Source: Camelus dromedarius
Taxonomy: Eukaryota
DNA length: 64,000 nucleotides
Direction: 5' to 3'
Assembly: GCF_036321535.1 (NCBI RefSeq)
Contig: NC_087436.1
Span: forward strand, 1,302,001 to 1,366,000
Shown: in pieces, positions 54,301-64,000 of the stretch
Layout of the letters: the number at the start of each line of letters is the position of its first letter
Numbering within the stretch: the stretch's first letter is position 1
The notes under the pieces: model-generated
What the model was told of the DNA's origin: nothing
The model's input: the letters and a program-made list of their open reading frames with translations, nothing else
Database searches by the model: none
Made by a program: the position numbers and the translations under genes

Positions 54301-54530
54301 GCTAGGTGAAGGACGGCTTTCACACACACTTATTTCTCAGAACTGAGCAAGTGGAGAGACGTTCGTTCATCTAGCACCAAGGGAACGGGTTGCAGGAGAC
54401 ACTTTTTCTCTGCTTTCTCAGTCTGTTTCCTAGTGCCGGGTTGAAGTTCCTGCAGTTTTCACTGTAAAACCGAGTTGGAGCTAGTACCTCCCCATATATA
54501 TGTATGGAATGGAGTTTGCAACTGAAAAGA
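43575..54530. repeat. 22-monomer (10+12) super-unit, 2 near-identical tandem copies (period 5478 bp)
   Basis: CCCGAC G at 44336, 46826, 49814 and 52304 (spacings 2490, 2988, 2490). Private variants GTCTGGTTCC (about 48201/53679) and GTGAAAGAC (about 48584/54062) are 5478 apart. Confidence 0.9.
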
Positions 54531-57500
54531 AACTTTGTGTTCCCAACAAGCTAGGTGAAGGACGGCTTTCACACACACTTATCTCTCAGAACTGAGCAAG
54601 TGGAGAGACGTTCGTTCATCTAGCACCAAGGGAACGGGTTGCAGGAGACACTTTTTCTCTGCTTTCTCAGTCTGTTTCCTAGTGCCGGTTTTAAGTTCCT
54701 GCAGTTTTCACTGTAAAACCGAGTTGGAGCTAGTACCTCCCCATATATATGTATGGAATGGAGAATGCAACTGAAAAGAAACTTTGTGTTCCCAACAAGC
54801 TAGGTGAAGGACGGCTTTCACACACACTTATCTCTCAGAACTGAGCAAGTGGAGAGACGTTCGTTCATCTAGCACCAAGGGAACGGGTTGCAGGAGACAC
54901 TTTTTCTCTGCTTTCTCAGTCTGTTTCCTAGTGCCGGTTTGAAGTTCCTGCAGTTTTCACTGTAAAACCGAGTTGGAGCTAGTACCTCCCCATATATATG
55001 TATGGAATGGAGTTTGCAACTGAAAAGAAACTTTGTGTTCCCAACAAGCTAGGTGAAGGACGGCTTTCACACACACTTATCTCTCAGAACTGAGCAAGTG
55101 GAGAGACGTTCGTTCATCTAGCACCAAGGGAACGGGTTGCAGGAGACACTTTTTCTCTGCTTTCTCAGTCTGTTTCCTAGTGCCGGTTTGAAGTTCCTGC
55201 AGTTTTCACTGTAAAACCGAGTTGGAGCTAGTACCTCCCCATATATATGTATGGAATGGAGTTTGCAACTGAAAAGAAACTTTGTGTTCCCAACAAGCTA
55301 GGTGAAGGACGGCTTTCACACACACTTATCTCTCAGAACTGAGCAAGTGGAGAGACGTTCGTTCATCTAGCACCAAGGGAACGGGTTGCAGGAGACACTT
55401 TTTCTCTGCTTTCTCAGTCTGTTTCCTAGTGCCGGTTTGAAGTTCCTGCAGTTTTCACTGTAAAACCGAGTTGGAGCTAGTACCTCCCCATATATATGTA
55501 TGGAATGGGGTTTGCAACTGAAAAGAAACTTTGTGTTCCCAACAAGCTAGGTGAAGGACGGCTTTCACACACACTTAACTCTCAGAACTGAGCAAGTGGA
55601 GAGACGTTCGTTCATCTAGCACCAAGGGAACGGGTTGCAGGAGACACTTTTTCTCTGCTTTCTCAGTCTGTTTCCTAGTGCCGGTTTGAAGTTCCTGCAG
55701 TTTTCACTGTAAAAGCGAGTTGGAGCTAGTACCTCCCCTTATATATGTATGGAAAGGAGTTTGCAACTGAAAAGAAACTTTGTGTTCCCAACAAGCTAGG
55801 TGAAGGACGGCTTTCACACACACTTATCTCTCAGAACTGAGCAAGTGGAGAGACGTTCGTTCATCTAGCACCAAGGGAACGGGTTGCAGGAGACACTTTT
55901 TCTCTGCTTTCTCAGTCTGTTTCCTAGTGCCGGGTTGAAGTTCCTGCAGTTTTCACTGTAAAACCGAGTTGGAGCTAGAACCTCCCCATATATATGTATG
56001 GAATGGAGTTTGCAACTGAAAAGAAACTTTGTGTTCCCAACAATCGAGGTGAAGGACGGCTTTCACACACACTTATCTCTCAGAACTGAGCAAGTTGAGA
56101 GACGTTCTTTCATCTAGGACCAAGGGAACGGGTTGAAGGAGACACTCTTTCTCTGCTTTCTCAGTCTGTTTCCTAGTGCCGGTTTGAAGTTCCTGCAGTT
56201 TTCACTGTCAAACCGAGTTGGAGCTAGTACCTCCCCATATATATGTATGGAATGGAGTTTGCAACTGAAAAGAAACTTTGTGTTCCCAACAAGCTAGGTG
56301 AAGGGCGGCTTTCACACACACTTACCTCTCAGAACTGAGCAAGTGGATAGACGTTCGTTCATCTAGCACCATGGGAACGGGTTGCAGGAGACACTTTTTC
56401 TCTGCTTTCTCAGTCTGTTTCCTAGTGCCGGTTTGAAGTTCCTGCAGTTTTCACTGTCAAACCGAGTTGGAGCTAGTACCTCCCCATATATATGTATGGA
56501 ATGGAGTTTGCAACTGAAAAGAAACTTTGTGTTCCCAACAAGCTAGGTGAAGGACGGCTTTCACACACACTTATCTCTCAGAACTGAGGAAGTGGAGAGA
56601 CGTTCGTTCATCTAGCACCAAGGGAACGGGTTGCAGGAGACACTTTTTCTCTGCTTTCTCAGTCTGTTTCCTAGTGCCGGTTTGAAGTTCCTGCAGTTTT
56701 CACTGTAAAACCGAGTTGGAGCTAGTACCTCCCAATATATATGTATGGAATGGAGTTTGCAACTGAAAAGAATCTTTGTGTTCCCAACAAGCTAGGTGAA
56801 GGACGGCTTTCACAAACACTTATCTCTCAGAACTGAGCAAGTGGAGAGACGTTCGTTCATCTAGCACCAAGGGAACGGGTTGCAGGAGACACTTTTTCTC
56901 TGCTTTCTCAGTCTGTTTCCTAGTGCCGGTTTGAAGTTCCTGCAGTTTTCACTGTAAAACCGAGTTGGAGCTAGTACCTCCCCATATATATGTATGGAAT
57001 GGAGTTTGCAACTGAAAAGAAACTTTGTGTTCCCAACAAGCTAGGTGAAGGACGGCTTTCACACACACTTATCTCTCAGAACTGAGCAAGTGGAGAGACG
57101 TTCGTTCATCTAGCACCAAGGGAACGGGTTGCAGGAGACACTTTTTCTCTGCTTTCTCAGTCTGTTTCCTAGTGCCGGTTTGAAGTTCCTGCAGTTTTCA
57201 CTGTAAAACCGAGTTGGAGCTAGTACCTCCCAATATATATGTATGGAATGGAGTTTGCAACTGAAAAGAAACTTTGTGTTCCCAACAAGCTAGGTGAAGG
57301 ACGGCTTTCACACACACTTATTTCTCAGAACTGAGCAAGTGGAGAGACGTTCGTTCATCTAGCACCAAGGGAACGGGTTGCAGGAGACACTTTTTCTCTG
57401 CTTTCTCAGTCTGTTTCCTAGTGCCGGGTTGAAGTTCCTGCAGTTTTCACTGTAAAACCGAGTTGGAGCTAGTACCTCCCCATATATATGTATGGAATGG

Positions 57501-59756
57501 AGTTTGCAACTGAAAAGAAACTTTGTGTTCCCAACAAGCTAGGTGAAGGACGGCTTTCACACACACTTATCTCTCAAAACTGAGCAAGTGGAGATTCGTT
57601 CGTTCATCTAGCACCAAGGGAACGGGTTGCAGGAGACACTTTTTCTCTGCTTTCTCAGTCTGTTTCCTAGTGCCGGTTTGAAGTTCCTGCAGTTTTCACT
57701 GTAAAACCGAGTTGGAGCTAGTACCTCCCCATATATATGTATGGAATGGAGTTTGCAACTGAAAAGAAACTTTGTGTTCCCAACAAGCTAGGTGAAGGAC
57801 GGCTTTCACACACACTTATCTCTCAAAACTGAGCAAGTGGAGAGCGTTCGTTCATCTAGCACCAAGGGAACGGGTTGCAGGAGACACTTTTTCTCTGCTT
57901 TCTCAGTCTGTTTCCTAGTGCCGGTTTGAAGTTCCTGCAGTTTTCACTGTAAAACCGAGTTGGAGCTAGTACCTCCCCATATATATGTATGGAATGGAGA
58001 ATGCAACTGAAAAGAAACTTTGTGTTCCCAACAAGCTAGGTGAAGGACGGCTTTCACACACACTTATCTCTCAGAACTGAGCAAGTGGAGAGACTTTCGT
58101 TCATCTAGCACCAAGGGAACGGGTTGCAGGAGACACTTTTTCTCTGCTTTCTCAGTCTGTTTCCTAGTGCCGGTTTGAAGTTCCTGCAGTTTTCACTGTA
58201 AAACCGAGTTGGAGCTAGTACCTCCCCATATATATGTATGGAATGGAGAATGCAACTGAAAAGAAACTTTGTGTTCCCAACAAGCTAGGTGAAGGACGGC
58301 TTTCACACACACTTATCTCTCAGAACTGAGCAAGTGGAGAGACTTTCGTTCATCTAGCACCAAGGGAACGGGTTGCAGGAGACACTTTTTCTCTGCTTTC
58401 TCAGTCTGTTTCCTAGTGCCGGTTTGAAGTTCCTGCAGTTTTCACTGTAAAACCGAGTTGGAGCTAGTACCTCCCCATATATATGTATGGAATGGAGTTT
58501 GCAACTGAAAAGAAACTTTGTGTTCCCAACAAGCTAGGTGAAGGACGGCTTTCACACACACTTATCTCTCAGAACTGAGCAAGTGGAGATTCGTTCGTTC
58601 ATCTAGCACCAAGGGAACGGGTTGCAGGAGACACTTTTTCTCTGCTTTCTCAGTCTGTTTCCTAGTGCCGGTTTGAAGTTCCTGCAGTTTTCACTGTAAA
58701 ACCGAGTTGGAGCTAGTACCTCCCCATATATATGTATGGAATGGAGTTTGCAACTGAAAAGAAACTTTGTGTTCCCAACAAGCTAGGTTAAGGACGGCTT
58801 TCACACACACTTATCTCTCAGAACTGAGCAAGTGGAGAGACGTTCGTTCATCTAGCACCAAGGGAACGGGTTGCAGGAGACACTTTTTCTCTGCTTTCTC
58901 AGTCTGTTTCCTAGTGCCGGTTTGAAGTTCCTGCAGTTTTCACTGTAAAACCGAGTTGGAGCTAGTACCTCCCTTTATATATGTATGGAAAGGAGTTTGC
59001 AACTGAAAAGAAACTTTGTGTTCCCAACAAGCTAGGTGAAGGACGGCTTTCACACACACTTATCTCTCAGAACTGAGCAAGTGGAGAGACGTTCGTTCAT
59101 CCAGCACCAAGGGAACGGGTTGCAGGAGACAATTTTTCTCTGCTTTCTCAGTCTGTTTCCTAGTGCCGGTTTGATGTTCCTGCAGTTTTCACTGTAAAAC
59201 CGAGTTGGAGCTAGTACCTCCCCATATATATGTATGGAATGGAGTTTGCAACTGAAAAGAAACTTTTTGTTCCCAACAAGCTAGGTGAAGGACGGCCTTC
59301 ACACCTCCTATCTCTCAGAACTGAGAAATGGAGAGACGTTCGTTCATCTAGCACCAAGGGAACGGGTTGCAGGAGACACTTTTTCTCAGCTTTCTCAGTC
59401 TGTTTCCTAGTGCCGGTTTGAAGTTCGTGCAGTTTTCACTGTCAAACGGAGTTGGAGCTAGTACCTCCCCTTATATATGTATGGAATGGAGTTTGCAACT
59501 GAAAAGAAACTTTGTGTTCCCAACAAGCTAGGTAAAGGATGGCTTTCACACACACTTATCTCTCAGAACAGAGCAAGTGGAGAGACGTTCGTTCATCTAG
59601 CACCAAGGGAACGGGTTGCAGGAGACACTTTTTCTCTGCTTTCTCAATCTGTTTCCTAGTGCCGGTTTGAAGTTCCTGCAGTTTTCACTGTAAAACCGAG
59701 TTGGAGCTAGTACCTCCCCATATATATGTATGGAATGGAGTTTGCAACTGAAAAGA

Positions 59757-62700
59757 AACTTTGTGTTCCCAACAAGCTAGGTGAAGGACGGCTTTCACAC
59801 ACACTTATCTCTCAGAACTGAGCAAGTGGAGAGACGTTCGTTCATCTAGCACCAAGGGAACGGGTTGCAGGAGACACTTTTTCTCTGCTTTCTCAGTCTG
59901 TTTCCTAGTGCCGGGTTGAAGTTCCTGCAGTTTTCACTGTAAAACCGAGTTGGAGCTAGAACCTCCCCATATATATGTATGGAATGGAGTTTGCAACTGA
60001 AAAGAAACTTTGTGTTCCCAACAATCTAGGTGAAGGACGGCTTTCACACACACTTATCTCTCAGAACTGAGCAAGTTGAGAGACGTTCTTTCATCTAGGA
60101 CCAAGGGAACGGGTTGAAGGAGACACTCTTTCTCTGATTTCTCAGTCTGTTTCCTAGTGCCGGTTTGAAGTTCCTGCAGTTTTCACTGTCAAACCGAGTT
60201 GGAGCTAGTACCTCCCCATATATATGTATGGAATGGAGTTTGCAACTGAAAAGAAACTTTGTGTTCCCAACAAGCTAGGTGAAGGGCGGCTTTCACACAC
60301 ACTTATCTCTCAGAACTGAGCAAGTGGAGAGACGTTCGTTCATCTAGCACCAAGGGAACGGGTTGCAGGAGACACTTTTTCTCTGCTTTCTCAGTCTGTT
60401 TCCTAGTGCCGGTTTGAAGTTCCTGCAGTTTTCACTGTAAAACCGAGTTGGAGCTAGTACCTCCCCATATATATGTATGGAATGGAGTTTGCAACTGAAA
60501 AGAAACTTTGTGTTCCCAACAAGCTAGGTGAAGGACGGCTTTCACACACACTTATCTCTCAGAACTGAGGAAGTGGAGAGACGTTCGTTCATCTAGCACC
60601 AAGGGAACGGGTTGCAGGAGACACTTTTTCTCTGCTTTCTCAGTCTGTTTCCTAGTGCCGGTTTGAAGTTCCTGCAGTTTTCACTGTAAAACCGAGTTGG
60701 AGCTAGTACCTCCCAATATATATGTATGGAATGGAGTTTGCAACTGAAAAGAATCTTTGTGTTCCCAACAAGCTAGGTGAAGGACGGCTTTCACACACAC
60801 TTATCTCTCAGAACTGAGCAAGTGGAGAGACGTTCGTTCATCTAGCACCAAGGGAACGGGTTGCAGGAGACACTTTTTCTCTGCTTTCTCAGTCTGTTTC
60901 CTAGTGCCGGTTTGAAGTTCCTGCAGTTTTCACTGTAAAACCGAGTTGGAGCTAGTACCTCCCCATATATATGTATGGAATGGAGTTTGCAACTGAAAAG
61001 AAACTTTGTGTTCCCAACAAGCTAGGTGAAGGACGGCTTTCACACACACTTATCTCTCAGAACTGAGCAAGTGGAGAGACGTTCGTTCATCTAGCACCAA
61101 GGGAACGGGTTGCAGGAGACACTTTTTCTCTGCTTTCTCAGTCTGTTTCCTAGTGCCGGGTTGAAGTTCCTGCAGTTTTCACTGTAAAACCGAGTTGGAG
61201 CTAGTACCTCCCCATATATATGTATGGAATGGAGTTTGCAACTGAAAAGAAACTTTGTGTTCCCAACAAGCTAGGTGAAGGACGGCTTTCACACACACTT
61301 ATCTCTCAGAACTGAGCAAGTGGAGATTCGTTCGTTCATCTAGCACCAAGGGAACGGGTTGCAGGAGACACTTTTTCTCTGCTTTCTCAGTCTGTTTCCT
61401 AGTGCCGGTTTGAAGTTCCTGCAGTTTTCACTGTAAAACCGAGTTGGAGCTAGTACCTCCCCATATATATGTATGGAATGGAGTTTGCAACTGAAAAGAA
61501 ACTTTGTGTTCCCAACAAGCTAGGTGAAGGACTGCTTTCACACACACTTATCTCTCAGAACTGAGCAAGTGGAGAGACGTTCGTTCATCTAGCACCAAGG
61601 GAACGGGTTGCAGGAGACACTTTTTCTCTGCTTTCTCAGTCTGTTTCCTAGTGCCGGGTTGAAGTTCCTGCAGTTTTCACTGTAAAACCGAGTTGGAGCT
61701 AGTACCTCCCCATATATATGTATGGAATGGGGTTTGCAACTGAAAAGAAACTTTGTGTTCCCAACAAGCTAGGTGAAGGACGGCTTTCACACACACTTAA
61801 CTCTCAGAACTGAGCAAGTGGAGAGACGTTCGTTCATCTAGCACCAAGGGAACGGGTTGCAGGAGACACTTTTTCTCTGCTTTCTCAGTATGTTTCCTAG
61901 TGCCGGTTTGAAGTTCCTGCAGTTTTCACTGTAAAACCGAGTTGGAGCTAGTACCTCCCCTTATATATGTATGGAAAGGAGTTTGCAACTGAAAAGAAAC
62001 TTTGTGTTCCCAACAAGCTAGGTGAAGGACGGCTTTCACACACACTTATCTCTCAGAACTGAGCAAGTGGAGAGACGTTCGTTCATCTAGCACCAAGGGA
62101 ACGGGTTGCAGGAGACACTTTTTCTCTGCTTTCTCAGTCTGTTTCCTAGTGCCGGGTTGAAGTTCCTGCAGTTTTCACTGTAAAACCGAGTTGGAGCTAG
62201 AACCTCCCCATATATATGTATGGAATGGAGTTTGCAACTGAAAAGAAACTTTGTGTTCCCAACAATCTAGGTGAAGGACGGCTTTCACACACACTTATCT
62301 CTCAGAACTGAGCAAGTTGAGAGACTTTCTTTCATCTAGGACCAAGGGAACGGGTTGAAGGAGACACTCTTTCTCTGATTTCTCAGTCTGTTTCCTAGTG
62401 CCGGTTTGAAGTTCCTGCATTTTTCACTGTCAAACCGAGTTGGAGCTAGTACCTCCCCATATATATGTATGGAATGGAGTTTGCAACTGAAAAGAAACTT
62501 TGTGTTCCCAACAAGCTAGGTGAAGGGCGGCTTTCACACACACTTATCTCTCAGAACTGAGCAAGTGGAGAGACGTTCGTTCATCTAGCACCAAGGGAAC
62601 GGGTTGCAGGAGACACTTTTTCTCTGCTTTCTCAGTCTGTTTCCTAGTGCCGGTTTGAAGTTCCTGCAGTTTTCACTGTAAAACCGAGTTGGAGCTAGTA

Positions 62701-63400
62701 CCTCCCCATATATATGTATGGAATGGAGTTTGCAACTGAAAAGAAACTTTGTGTTCCCAACAAGCTAGGTGAAGGACGGCTTTCACACACACTTATCTCT
62801 CAGAACTGAGGAAGTGGAGAGACGTTCGTTCATCTAGCACCAAGGGAACGGGTTGCAGGAGACACTTTTTCTCTGCTTTCTCAGTCTGTTTCCTAGTGCC
62901 GGTTTGAAGTTCCTGCAGTTTTCACTGTAAAACCGAGTTGGAGCTAGTACCTCCCAATATATATGTATGGAATGGAGTTTGCAACTGAAAAGAATCTTTG
63001 TGTTCCCAACAAGCTAGGTGAAGGACGGCTTTCACACACACTTATCTCTCAGAACTGAGCAAGTGGAGAGACGTTCGTTCATCTAGCACCAAGGGAACGG
63101 GTTGCAGGAGACACTTTTTCTCTGCTTTCTCAGTCTGTTTCCTAGTGCCGGTTTGAAGTTCCTGCAGTTTTCACTGTAAAACCGAGTTGGAGCTAGTACC
63201 TCCCCATATATATGTATGGAATGGAGTTTGCAACTGAAAAGAAACTTTGTGTTCCCAACAAGCTAGGTGAAGGACGGCTTTCACACACACTTATCTCTCA
63301 GAACTGAGCAAGTGGAGAGACGTTCGTTCATCTAGCACCAAGGGAACGGGTTGCAGGAGACACTTTTTCTCTGCTTTCTCAGTCTGTTTCCTAGTGCCGG
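59757..63400. repeat. Partial duplication at 9-monomer spacing (2241 bp)
   Basis: CAATCTAGG T at 60025/62266, private CTGATTTC about 60137/62378, GAGGAAG about 60570/62811. The match decays after about 6 monomers. Confidence 0.8.
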
Positions 63401-64000
63401 TTTGAAGTTCCTGCAGTTTTCACTGTAAAACCGAGTTGGAGCTAGTACCTCCCAATATATATGTATGGAATGGAGTTTGCAACTGAAAAGAAACTTTGTG
63501 TTCCCAACAAGCTAGGTGAAGGACGGCTTTCACACACACTTATTTCTCAGAACTGAGCAAGTGGAGAGACTTTCGTTCATCTAGCACCAAGGGAACGGGT
63601 TGCAGGAGACACTTTTTCTCTGCTTTCTCAGTCTGTTTCCTAGTGCCGGGTTGAATTTCCTGCAGTTTTCACTGTAAAACCGAGTTGGAGCTAGTACCTC
63701 CCCATATATATCTATGGAATGTAGTTTGCAACTGAAAAGAAACTTTGTGTTCCCAACAAGCTAGGTGAAGGACGGCTTTCACACACACTTATCTCTCAGA
63801 ACTGAGCAAGTGGAGAGACGTTCGTTCATCTAGCACCAAGGGAACGGGTTGCAGGAGACACTTTTTCTCTGCTTTCTCAGTCTGTTTCCTAGTGCCGGTT
63901 TGAAGTTCCTGCAGTTTTCACTGTAAAACCGAGTTGGAGCTAGTACCTCCCCATATATATGTATGGAATGGAGAATGCAACTGAAAAGAAACTTTGTGTT

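Larger units (their letters stand above)
1..64000. repeat. Tandem satellite DNA array, 249-bp monomer, 257 full copies, single orientation; extends beyond both window edges
   Basis: AACTTTGTGTTCCC recurs at 1, 250, 499 and so on, with a final partial copy at 63990 (63989 = 257x249 - 4 net indel). No non-repeat sequence seen anywhere. Confidence 0.99.

Noticed and set aside
1712..59659. Thirteen 60-76 aa ORFs from the ORF track
   Set aside because: Each lies within about one satellite monomer and passes the length cut-off only where a variant or indel removes a stop codon. Several coincide with probable error indels at 38-42 kb, and several start at non-ATG codons. No recognisable protein motif.
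1..64000. CRISPR array
   Set aside because: There are no unique spacers because the entire 249-bp unit is repeated, and there are no cas genes or leader.
1..64000. Embedded transposon, inversion or telomeric repeat
   Set aside because: The 249-bp phase holds across the window with a net drift of only -4 bp, and I saw no reverse-orientation monomer or foreign sequence.

Overview
The whole 64 kb window is one uninterrupted, head-to-tail satellite DNA array. It holds 257 complete copies of a 249-bp monomer (about 45% GC) plus 11 bp, all in one orientation and most within a few substitutions of the consensus. I see no genes, RNA genes, transposon insertions or CRISPR array, and the short ORFs are by-products of point variants in the repeat. 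This looks like a young, homogenised eukaryotic (peri)centromere-type satellite, but I cannot name the family or species from the sequence. Diagnostic variants reveal a layered history: local higher-order repeats of 15, 12, 7, 10+12 (=22) and 9 monomers, longer-range block copies offset by 55, 67 and 111 monomers, rare diverged monomer subtypes and one recombinant monomer. Also notable are a transversion- and dinucleotide-rich variant spectrum with almost no CpG decay, a possibly covarying stem around the (AT)n palindrome, relics of a shorter ancestral unit, and an indel-dense patch at about 38-43 kb that is probably sequencing or assembly error. All variant counts and block boundaries were read by eye and are approximate to about one monomer. 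I found no convincing novel gene-based system.
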